Assembly: GCA_049966395.1 (NCBI GenBank)
Contig: JBMFUT010000002.1
Span: 10,583-74,582, forward strand
Direction: 5' to 3'
Origin: Candidatus Micrarchaeia archaeon
GTDB lineage: Archaea; Micrarchaeota; Micrarchaeia; Micrarchaeales; CABMGC01
Length of the DNA: 64,000 nucleotides
The notes below the pieces were generated by a model, which saw nothing but the letters and a program-made list of their open reading frames with translations, searched no databases and was not told where the DNA came from. Shown here piece after piece: positions 18,971-26,457 of the stretch (position 1 is the first letter of the stretch; every line of letters starts with the position of its first letter). Made by a program: the position numbers and the translations under genes.

Positions 18971-20404
18971 ATGGACGATTATGACATCATAGTTGCAGGG
19001 GCAGGCGTTGCAGGCTCCATAGCTGCCGCCGCAGCGGCAAAAGGCGGCGCAAAGGTACTACTCCTGGACAGAAACAAGGCTGAAGAACCTGGAAAAAAGA
19101 CTAACTGGGGCTGGGTGTGCGGCGATGCCGTAGCAAAAACCCACATAGACCTGATTTCAAAGGAGCTTGGCGTTAGCTTTTCCGAGCCCGAGCTCAATCT
19201 AAAGGTAGACGGCGTGTACGTGATAAGCCCTGACATGAAAACAAAAGTAATGTTCGAGGGTGTGGGATACAGCCTTGACAGGCCAAGGTTCGCAAAGAAG
19301 CTTCTAGACATTGCAATCAAGAACGGCGCAGAATTCAGGCCTGAATACGAAGTCGAAGGCCCAATAATAGAGGATAACCGAGTTGTTGGAGTATACGGAA
19401 AGGATGACAAGAAGAAGGACTACAGGATAAGGTCAAAGCTGGTAATAGACGCGCTTGGCATAGCGAGCACGCTCAGGAGGAAGCTTCCGGAAAACGAGTA
19501 CGTCGAAAGGAACATAAGCACTGACGACATAGAAGCCACCGGACGCTACATAATGAATTTTGACCAGGTCGCTGAAGACGAAACGTACTACGACCCTAAG
19601 AACGCCATAATACATCTGAACCAGGATTTCGCTCCAGGAGGCTACGGTTGGGTTTTTCCGAAGAAGGGCAAAGTAGTCAACATAGGCATAGGTGTGGAAA
19701 ACAAGAGCCTTTCTGCAAGGAACGCCGCAATGGGGAAGAAGGACACGCTCCACAGCCTTATAGACGAGTATGTGGCGTGGAACAAGGCGATAAAGAAGAG
19801 CAGTCTTGTAGAAGAATACAATAACGGCAAGGGCTATTGGTCTGTAAGCGTAAGGAGGCAGCTTGACAGCCTGGTTTACAACGGTTACCTTGGCGCTGGC
19901 GACAGCATGGCGATGCCAAATCCAATAAGTGCAGGAGGAATAGGTCCCGCAATGACAGGAGGGCTTTTGGCAGGGCAGACGGCAGCGGAAGCGGTATCAG
20001 AGGGCAACACTAGCATGGAATTCACGTGGCGCTACAACGTCAAGTACAACCAGATCTATGGCAACAAGACTGCTGGCCTAGAGGCGTTCAGAATATACCT
20101 GCAATCTCTTAACAACGACTTGATAAACTACGGCATATCAAACTTCCTTACAAAGGAAGAAGAAGTGCAGATATCGTATGGCATAATACCAGAGATGACT
20201 CTCAAGAGCAAGTTGTCCAAGGCAATAAGCGGGCTCTCTAACATAAGTGCCTTCAAGAATCTCCTCTTTACCGTTTCAGAGATGAAGAAGCTGGACGCGC
20301 TCTACAAGAGGTATCCGAAGAGTCCCAGCGAATTCAAGGAGTGGCACACCGCTGTTAGCGCGGAAATAGCCAAAGTGAACAAGAGGTTCAAGAAGGTTGC
20401 TTGA
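18971..20404 (+). CDS. geranylgeranyl reductase family flavoprotein (lipid saturation)
   Basis: FAD dinucleotide fold YDIIVAGAGVAGSIAAAAAAKGGAKVLLLDR, plus ...GYGWVFPK... and GAGDSMAMPNPISAGGI motifs. At 477 aa it has a C-terminal extension. Confidence 0.8.
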   Translation: MDDYDIIVAGAGVAGSIAAAAAAKGGAKVLLLDRNKAEEPGKKTNWGWVCGDAVAKTHIDLISKELGVSFSEPELNLKVDGVYVISPDMKTKVMFEGVGYSLDRPRFAKKLLDIAIKNGAEFRPEYEVEGPIIEDNRVVGVYGKDDKKKDYRIRSKLVIDALGIASTLRRKLPENEYVERNISTDDIEATGRYIMNFDQVAEDETYYDPKNAIIHLNQDFAPGGYGWVFPKKGKVVNIGIGVENKSLSARNAAMGKKDTLHSLIDEYVAWNKAIKKSSLVEEYNNGKGYWSVSVRRQLDSLVYNGYLGAGDSMAMPNPISAGGIGPAMTGGLLAGQTAAEAVSEGNTSMEFTWRYNVKYNQIYGNKTAGLEAFRIYLQSLNNDLINYGISNFLTKEEEVQISYGIIPEMTLKSKLSKAISGLSNISAFKNLLFTVSEMKKLDALYKRYPKSPSEFKEWHTAVSAEIAKVNKRFKKVA

Positions 20405-21177
20405 AAGGTGGCTTGTTGCTAGAGCTGATGCTAAGCGCAGACGGTATTTCTCTCAGCTACTTCCACGAGAAGGCATCCCTTAAAGTTATAGACCGCATTT
20501 CATTCAAGGTCTACTCAGGCGAGTTTCTCTCAATAGTGGGCCCCTCTGGTTGCGGCAAGTCCTCAATGATAAGGATAATGGCGGGGTTGATGGAGCCAAC
20601 GGCAGGTCGCGTATTTTACAAAGGCAAGGAGGTCCACAGCCCCCCAGAAGGCATAGCACTCGTATTCCAAAACTTCGCGCTTCTACCTTGGAAGAACGCA
20701 CTCGACAACGTCAAGCTGGCACTAGACAATTTTCCTATTTCAGACAAGGAGAAAACGGAGAAAGCCATGAAGGCGCTGAATGACGTAAACCTAGGCGGTT
20801 TCGAGAGCGCATATCCTAGCGAGCTCAGCGGAGGAATGAAACAAAGGGTGGGTTTTGCAAGAGCTCTTGCCGAAGATCCGGATCTGCTGCTCATGGACGA
20901 GCCATTCAGCTCTCTCGACGATCTCACTGCCTCGCAGCTGCGCGGAGAGGTTCACCACATACTGAAGGACAAGTCGCTCCCTGTCAAATCGGTTGTGATG
21001 GTAAGCCATAACGTTGACGAAGTCGTTGAGCTTTCCGATAGGATACTGGTTTTTTCAAAGGCGCCGTCGCACATAGTCGACTCCATACCGGTTAGGATGA
21101 AGTACCCTAGGGAAAAGCAGAGCAGCGAATTTCAGTCTATAGTAAACAGGATATACAAGGATCTATACTCAGACTAG
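20401..21177 (+). CDS. ABC transporter ATP-binding protein, NitT/TauT (nitrate/sulfonate/bicarbonate) family
   Basis: Walker A GPSGCGKSS, signature LSGGMKQRVGFARAL, Walker B LLLMDEPFSSLD. The start may instead be the ATG at 20428. No permease or binding protein is adjacent. Confidence 0.85.
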   Translation: MKGGLLLELMLSADGISLSYFHEKASLKVIDRISFKVYSGEFLSIVGPSGCGKSSMIRIMAGLMEPTAGRVFYKGKEVHSPPEGIALVFQNFALLPWKNALDNVKLALDNFPISDKEKTEKAMKALNDVNLGGFESAYPSELSGGMKQRVGFARALAEDPDLLLMDEPFSSLDDLTASQLRGEVHHILKDKSLPVKSVVMVSHNVDEVVELSDRILVFSKAPSHIVDSIPVRMKYPREKQSSEFQSIVNRIYKDLYSD

Positions 21178-21665
21178 TCCTCCTTCATCCACAGCCTCTG
21201 CTTGCCATCGTAGTCTATTATGTTGAAGTAAATGGCCCACTGGAAAAGTAGCACGCTTATTGCTGCAGCATTCTCAGAAGGGTTTGCCATGTATATTATA
21301 CCATTGTTCATGAGCGTTTCTGAAAGGTCTTCTGTGCTGAATTTACCTTTCTCCACAGAAAGCCTGTATGCGGTTTTGAATGGCTCCACAGACTTCAGCC
21401 TTTTGCCAACCTCAGCTATCGCTTTATCGCTGTTGGCGTGCATCTCCTTCCCGAGCTTTGTGAGCTCTACATTTTCATCGCTTATTTTAACAAGACCTAA
21501 GAAGTCAGCCGCGTTGATCTGCGGCCAAAGAAGGTCCACATTGCTTTTTGTCACTTTTGCAATTTCAGCAATGCTCATCTTGGAATTGTTATGAAAAAGC
21601 GTCCTTATGAGCCCGTTGACCCTGTTTAGCCTGGCATCGGCAGGAAACAGTTCAGTATCGCCCAT
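21174..21665 (-). CDS. stand-alone AAA-associated C-terminal domain protein (the domain normally fused to NitT/TauT ABC ATPases)
   Basis: 163 aa. The pattern ...VNGLIRTLF...MSIAEIA...LWPQINAADFLGLVKISDENVELTKLGK...WAIYFNIIDYDGKQRLW matches my recollection of that domain family. It is convergent with the ABC gene and shares a CTAG double stop with it. Confidence 0.5.
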   Translation of the reverse strand: MGDTELFPADARLNRVNGLIRTLFHNNSKMSIAEIAKVTKSNVDLLWPQINAADFLGLVKISDENVELTKLGKEMHANSDKAIAEVGKRLKSVEPFKTAYRLSVEKGKFSTEDLSETLMNNGIIYMANPSENAAAISVLLFQWAIYFNIIDYDGKQRLWMKED

Positions 21666-21764
21666 CTAATCCATATTTAATTTACCGCAAAAATATTAAA
21701 GAGTAATGCCTTAAGGCAAGCCGCATAAAATTTATAGTTTTGCAGTGCAATTCATAAATGCGCG

Positions 21765-21881
21765 GCGGGGTAGCTCAGGTGGTTAGAGCGCTAGACTCAT
21801 ATGCTAAGCATGATGAGTGATGAGCAATTTGCTATGACTAAGAAATCTAGAGGTCGCGTGTTCGAGTCCCGCCCCCGCCAT
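21765..21881 (+). tRNA. tRNA with anticodon CAU (elongator Met, or Ile2 if C34 is modified) containing a 43-nt intron after position 37
   Basis: Manual fold: acceptor GGCGGGG/CCCCGCC with A73, D arm GCUC-AGGUGGUUA-GAGC, anticodon stem CUAGA/UCUAG, loop CUCAUA|A, and T arm GCGUG-UUCGAGU-CCCGC with one U-C mismatch. It is not an initiator: it has G1-C72 and no GGG/CCC anticodon stem. Confidence 0.8.
21803..21845 (+). other. tRNA intron (canonical 37/38 position)
   Basis: UGCUAAGCAUGAUGAGUGAUGAGCAAUUUGCUAUGACUAAGAA. Intron UAUGA (21834-21838) can pair with UCAUA, which spans the anticodon. The boundary is ambiguous by 1 nt. Confidence 0.7.
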
Positions 21882-21892
21882 AAGGCGTATGC

Positions 21893-22294
21893 ATGGATTT
21901 CAGGATAAGAGAAACCGTAAGGCTATACGACACTGATGCTCAGGGCGTGATGCACTACGCAAGCTACTACAGGCTATTCACCGACGCCATAGACGAATTC
22001 AGGAAGAAGGTGCTGCCCGGGTACTCTCTAACTTCTGCCAGCGTTTCCTTTGTCACTGTAGAATCCCACGCAGAATACCTCAAGCCAGCAATGCTCGGCG
22101 ATGCTCTTTATGTGAATCTCTCTCCTAAGCTAATTTCTAGGAAGGCATTGAGGTTCGACATCAGCGTCTACAAAGGCGCAACATTGATATGCAAGGGGCA
22201 TACTGTGCAGCTGGCAATAGACGCAAGTAGATGGAAATCAGTCGAAATTCCATCGGAAATCATTAGCAAGATGGGTCTTCAGAAAAGGCATTAG
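21893..22294 (+). CDS. hotdog-fold acyl-CoA thioesterase (4HBT/YbgC-like)
   Basis: 133 aa. N-terminal VRLYDTDAQGVMHYASYYRLFTDA is the typical 4HBT catalytic-Asp segment. Confidence 0.7.
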   Translation: MDFRIRETVRLYDTDAQGVMHYASYYRLFTDAIDEFRKKVLPGYSLTSASVSFVTVESHAEYLKPAMLGDALYVNLSPKLISRKALRFDISVYKGATLICKGHTVQLAIDASRWKSVEIPSEIISKMGLQKRH

Positions 22295-22302
22295 TAGAAT
22301 TG

Positions 22303-22534
22303 TGGTGCGCCGTAGCCCTCCTTCTGTTTTAGGTGGCATTTGACTAAGCGGCTTGAGCCTTGCACGCTCACAGCCTGCGCATCGGTCGTTTCACCCGCAC
22401 CCGCGCGCTCGTCTTGTCATAGCCTAATGCGCGGCAGCGGTGCCGTTTCTGTGCCGAATTATGCTTTACGCAATGCAGGCTCTGCGTGGGAGGAGCTTCC
22501 TCCGTTGTGAAACGGTAAGCCACCCGCGCACCAC
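22303..22534 (-). ncRNA. rnpB: RNase P RNA, unusually compact (~232 nt)
   Basis: GC-rich island with no ORF. On the minus strand:
- P1 is GUGGUGCGC/GCGCACCAC.
- P2 is GGUGGC/GCCACC.
- P3 is a hairpin, CCGUU-UCAC-AACGG.
- CR-I-like GGAGGAAGCUCC; CR-V-like ACAGAAGGAGGGCUAC.
- P4 is AGC(U)CCUCC/GGAGGGCU with the conserved bulged U.
- CR-II/III/IV-like GGGUGAAAC, GCAAGGCUCAA and UAGUCAAAUG. Confidence 0.7.
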
Positions 22535-22556
22535 GATAACGATTATCCAGTTCAGG

Positions 22557-22564
22557 TATATAAA
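22557..22564 (-). promoter_or_regulatory. TATA box (TTTATATA on the minus strand) for the RNase P RNA
   Basis: Lies 23-30 nt upstream of the predicted RNA 5' end at 22534. Confidence 0.45.
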
Positions 22565-22640
22565 TTTTCTTTAGGCGCCAGATTTAGACATCGCAAAAGT
22601 ATAAATAATTAGCATTCCAAATTCCATCGGTGGCCTCTAA

Positions 22641-23033
22641 ATGGATGTCAAATACGCAATGCTTATGATTGCTGTCCTTTCAACTACGGTTTTCGCATCT
22701 AACAGCACAGCCACTTTGGTCACGAACAGCTACACTCCTCCAAAATACCTATCTGCAGTAATAGGCATACTGCTCATATTGGCAGTAATATTTATAGGCT
22801 TCGTTTTCATAAAGGACATAATAAAGACCATAGCTGTATTGATAATACTGATAATAGTCGCATCTGTGGCCTACAGCTTCCTCACAACAGGAAGCCTAAC
22901 TCTTGCTGGTTCCGCAGGGCTTATAAACAGCATAATAAGCGTTATCGGGGACATAGCCAAGCTTGCGCATCCGGTTTCATCTGTAATAAACAGCACAGCC
23001 GCGCCTGTCAGTACTGCGGCAAATGTCACGTGA
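22641..23033 (+). CDS. small secreted/membrane protein, hypothetical
   Basis: 130 aa with a signal peptide (MDVKYAMLMIAVLSTTVFA) and two further hydrophobic helices. Confidence 0.45.
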   Translation: MDVKYAMLMIAVLSTTVFASNSTATLVTNSYTPPKYLSAVIGILLILAVIFIGFVFIKDIIKTIAVLIILIIVASVAYSFLTTGSLTLAGSAGLINSIISVIGDIAKLAHPVSSVINSTAAPVSTAANVT

Positions 23034-23035
23034 AG

Positions 23036-23233
23036 CTACGCTTCCGCAAGCTTTATATCTTCTTTTTCGACTGTTTTCCTCTTTGCGTGGGCCGCGAGCT
23101 TGACCGCCTTCTTGGCGATGCTGTAGGCAAATATGTTGAGTGCCTCTGCGAAATAAGATATGGCATCGTCGCTTATCCTTGTGGCGCCCGCATCCTTTAA
23201 TATCTTTTTAGCAGCAAGCCTTGAAATCGCCAT
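23036..23233 (-). CDS. archaeal histone (HMf family)
   Basis: The start is trimmed to the ATG at 23233 ([65 protein letters not shown]). It aligns with HMfB at IKDAGAERVSDDA...KLARHAGRKTIKAEDIELA. An AT-rich divergent promoter lies upstream. Confidence 0.85.
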   Translation of the reverse strand: MAISRLAAKKILKDAGATRISDDAISYFAEALNIFAYSIAKKAVKLAAHAKRKTVEKEDIKLAEA

Positions 23234-23270
23234 GGAAAACATAGTTATTAATAAAAGAACATTTAAAAAG

Positions 23271-23759
23271 ATGCTCATGGAAATAAGGCGAATCGAAGCC
23301 GGTGATGAGGCTGGAATAACGAAGCTTGTGCTAGAAATCTACAAGGAAGCCAGCTTCGCCACGACATTTGAAAAAGAGCCCAACCCTGAGGACATAACTT
23401 CTATTGTCAAGGAGAAGCTTTGGATGGTGGCATCAGGCGCCGCCGCCGACTACGTCGCAGTTGAAAGCGGGGAATTGATAGGCGAGTGCGAGGCTATAAA
23501 GGACGGATCAACAGGCAAGGTCGGCATACTTGTTGCAAAAGGTCACAGGAAGAAAGGCATAGGCTCAACGCTGCTGCGCAAATGCGAGGAAGATGCGCGC
23601 AAGATAGGAATAACGAAGCTTGTTGCCGAGATTGCCAGCATAAACAGCGCAGCGATATCGTTTTTCGTAGGCTCCGGTTTTGCTATAAAAGGCGAGGGAT
23701 ACCCGAAAGCCGGCGCCATTAATGTGGTGCGTGCAGAAAAGGAAATAGCAAAAGGCTAG
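23271..23759 (+). CDS. GNAT-family N-acetyltransferase
   Basis: The start is trimmed to the ATG at 23271. Acetyl-CoA binding motif: [26 protein letters not shown]. Confidence 0.8.
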   Translation: MLMEIRRIEAGDEAGITKLVLEIYKEASFATTFEKEPNPEDITSIVKEKLWMVASGAAADYVAVESGELIGECEAIKDGSTGKVGILVAKGHRKKGIGSTLLRKCEEDARKIGITKLVAEIASINSAAISFFVGSGFAIKGEGYPKAGAINVVRAEKEIAKG

Positions 23760-24379
23760 CGTGCTACAGTGTAATTAAGGAGCAGCTTGCCTCCTACCTG
23801 TGATATCAGTACATACTCGGAATAGTTTGAGTTTGTCGCAGAGTAGTTGACAAGCCACACGCGAGTGTAATTTTCACCCATTATCGAAGTGGCATTGTAG
23901 AACTTTGCGTGCACGAACATGTTCGCATAGCCGTATTTGCCTATGAAGTTCTTTATGCTCTTCAATCCTATGTCGTAAGAAGCGGTAATTGCGGCAGGGT
24001 AAGATGCAAGAATGTAACTTTTGTTCTGCAGCATGCCGTATACTGTGCAATTGCTCGTGTATATGTTGTCAACCCTGTTTATGAAACCGTATTTGGGGTA
24101 GTCGAAAGACCAGACGTAGTAAGAAGGGCAAGGCTTCGTGCTGTTGAAAATCACGGACGCTACTATGTGCCAGCTTCCGGGAAACGCGGAAGGAGTCACG
24201 TTTGTTATGTTGGCGTAAGCAGTAGGATACGCGTCGCTTATGTCGCTTTCTACCGCGGCAATTGCCTGCTGCTCAGTTACGGGCGGCGCAGCAGAGATGC
24301 GCGGTATCAAAAAATACGCGCTCACCAACAATATGGCTATGACCACAGCCGAAATCACTGTTTTGACAAGCAAGTCCAC
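23756..24379 (-). CDS. membrane-anchored extracytoplasmic protein with N-glycosylation sequons, hypothetical
   Basis: The likely start is the GTG at 24379, about 20-30 nt downstream of TATTTAAATTTTTATA. It has an N-terminal anchor (LLVKTVISAVVIAILLVSAYFLIP) and several N-X-S/T sites. Confidence 0.45.
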   Translation of the reverse strand: MDLLVKTVISAVVIAILLVSAYFLIPRISAAPPVTEQQAIAAVESDISDAYPTAYANITNVTPSAFPGSWHIVASVIFNSTKPCPSYYVWSFDYPKYGFINRVDNIYTSNCTVYGMLQNKSYILASYPAAITASYDIGLKSIKNFIGKYGYANMFVHAKFYNATSIMGENYTRVWLVNYSATNSNYSEYVLISQVGGKLLLNYTVAR

Positions 24380-24470
24380 ATTATACCTTCTGTATAAAAA
24401 TTTAAATACATTGACTGATAACAACAAATATGGTCTATGCGTCTTTTTTGGCGCTCCAAGCGATAATTGG

Positions 24471-25238
24471 ATGGATGTCCTTGACAAGATCAGGAAGATA
24501 ATACTAGGCTACGAGGAAATAGGCTCGGTTTCAGAGAATAGCAAGCGCATAGTTGCATACATGGAGAGCGACGGCTCCAAGCTTCTTACTTACGACGGCG
24601 TCACTTATTCTAGGATAGTGCCTGGGCTGTACACGCATTCATACTGGGACTACTTCATACCTTTGGCATACATATACGAAAAACCCAGAGTGCTGCTCAT
24701 AGGGCTCGGCGGCGGAACCACTCCGACGCAGCTTGAAACTTTGCTAGGAAGCGACCTGAATCTTGATGTTGTCGAGATAAGCAGAGGCATGGTAGCGCTA
24801 TACAAAAAGATGAATCCGGATTCGAAGGCCAACATAATAATAGCAGACGGGGCCAAATTCGTATCAAGCGTCGAGCCATCCTCTTACAATCTTATAATAC
24901 TGGATGCCTACAACGGTTCGAAGATACCAGAGCAGTTTCTGAATGAAGATTTTGTAAATTCGGCATACAGGGCGCTTCTTCCAAACGGGATCCTTGCAAT
25001 CAACTTTGTGCTTGACACAAAGAACATATTGCTATACCACAGTTACATAATGGCACTTGCAAAACACTTCAGCACTTTTACGCTTAGATACAAAGCTTCA
25101 TCACTCAACGAGATAATAGTGGCTGCAAAAGGGCTGAGTAAAGATCAGATACTAGAAGGCATTAGGAAGATGCCCACAGGCAGCGAGAACAGGTTCCTGA
25201 TAGAAGACTATAAGAGAATGGATCAGAAGCGCTTCTGA
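24471..25238 (+). CDS. spermidine synthase-like aminopropyl/methyltransferase-fold protein
   Basis: The start is trimmed to the ATG at 24471. Motifs: VLLIGLGGGTTP, DVVEISRGMV, IIADGAKFV, LIILDAYNG, LLPNGILAINF. Confidence 0.65.
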   Translation: MDVLDKIRKIILGYEEIGSVSENSKRIVAYMESDGSKLLTYDGVTYSRIVPGLYTHSYWDYFIPLAYIYEKPRVLLIGLGGGTTPTQLETLLGSDLNLDVVEISRGMVALYKKMNPDSKANIIIADGAKFVSSVEPSSYNLIILDAYNGSKIPEQFLNEDFVNSAYRALLPNGILAINFVLDTKNILLYHSYIMALAKHFSTFTLRYKASSLNEIIVAAKGLSKDQILEGIRKMPTGSENRFLIEDYKRMDQKRF

Positions 25239-25309
25239 TATTCGCCAATTGCCAGACTCTAACCAAAGCATATAAGCAAGTGCGTTTCAATCATTTCCTC
25301 GGCATTTGC

Positions 25310-26359
25310 ATGGCTGTAGAAACAAAATCCCCCGCAGTAATCAAGCTCTATGGAGAGCATGCGGTCGTATACGGAAAGTCAGCAATAGCCGCGGCAATAA
25401 GCATGTTTGCAAGCTCTTATGTTGACGAAAGCCCAGATGGCAAGCTGCACGTGATCCTCAGCGACCTCAATAGGCATTTCGAGATCAGCGCAGACCAGCT
25501 TTCAAAATTGTACGAGCAATATTCGAATAGGGTTGACATGCAATCTTATGCAGCATCTGCTTCCAAAATAGCGCCAAAGGAAGTACTTCCGTTCGCCACT
25601 ATAGCCTCTATAATCTCAAGTGCATACAATGCGGAGCTCGGCATGAGTGTCAAAGTGCGCTCTGAAATACCGATGCAGAGAGGACTGGCAAGTTCAGCTG
25701 CATGCTCGACGGCTTTCGCGCTCTCGTTGCTTAAGTCTTCAGGAATAAGGCTGAGCGACAGCGATGCGATAGAGATTGCCAGGGTGGGGGAGAAAGTGAG
25801 CCACATGAGCGAGGGCGCAGGGAAGATAGACGTAAACACTTCATACTATGGCGGATATGTAAGCAGCATCTCCGGAAGCTTCAAGGTTGAGGATGTTGCG
25901 AGCGGAACAGAAGTCGTGATAATCGACACAGGGCCCAAGAAGAGCACAGCAGAAACTGTCGGCAGGGTGCGGCAGCTCTACAATGAAAACAAGGTAGTTG
26001 CAGAGGAATACTTCGACAGGATAGACCACATTGCGACAGAGGGACTTTTGGCGCTCAAGTCTGGCAACCTGCGCAGGGCAGGACAGCTTATGACTGAGAA
26101 CCACGAACTTCTTGGAAAGCTCGGCGTTTCCTCTGAAGCTCTTGATTCTGCAGTGTCTATCGCGGTGCGTGACGGCGCATACGGCGCCAAGCTCAGCGGC
26201 GGCGGAGGCGGCGGGATAGCAATAGCCCTTGCTGAAAACCCCGACACGTTTGTCATGCGCATGCGGAGCGATGGCATTGCAGCCTACAAGGTACGTATAA
26301 CCAGCAGAGGCGCAAAGAGGTACTACAATTCAAGATTGCTGACATCATCCCACGAATAA
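25310..26359 (+). CDS. mvk: mevalonate kinase (GHMP family)
   Basis: AVIKLYGEHAVVYGKSAIAAAI at the N-terminus, GHMP motif PMQRGLASSAACSTAF, and a C-terminal GAKLSGGGGGGIAIAL. Confidence 0.85.
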   Translation: MAVETKSPAVIKLYGEHAVVYGKSAIAAAISMFASSYVDESPDGKLHVILSDLNRHFEISADQLSKLYEQYSNRVDMQSYAASASKIAPKEVLPFATIASIISSAYNAELGMSVKVRSEIPMQRGLASSAACSTAFALSLLKSSGIRLSDSDAIEIARVGEKVSHMSEGAGKIDVNTSYYGGYVSSISGSFKVEDVASGTEVVIIDTGPKKSTAETVGRVRQLYNENKVVAEEYFDRIDHIATEGLLALKSGNLRRAGQLMTENHELLGKLGVSSEALDSAVSIAVRDGAYGAKLSGGGGGGIAIALAENPDTFVMRMRSDGIAAYKVRITSRGAKRYYNSRLLTSSHE

Positions 26360-26376
26360 ATTCGTGGGCTTTCTGC
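26349..26376 (+). terminator. hairpin overlapping the mvk stop codon followed by a T-rich tract
   Basis: CCCACGAAT-AA-ATTCGTGGG followed by CTTTCTGC. Confidence 0.3.
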
Positions 26377-26457
26377 TAATCATCTTGTAAATTCTTTCTA
26401 GTATCGCTGCGCAAGCAATAATAACTTTTATTTGGGATATTCCTTTGATGATGCATA

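Noticed and set aside
21803-21845. Calling the tRNA intron a complete box C/D guide RNA
   Set aside because: It is only 43 nt, has no CUGA D box and no D'/C' pair, and the candidate guide spacer has no complementarity to the host tRNA. I kept only the K-turn or remnant hypothesis.
22303-22534. Possibility that the GC-rich structured island is SRP (7S) RNA, or a plus-strand RNA
   Set aside because: I found no helix-8-type GGAA/AGCA symmetric-loop motifs and no Alu-domain motifs. The minus-strand reading gives CR-I, CR-V and a bulged-U P4 in the correct order, so I prefer RNase P RNA.
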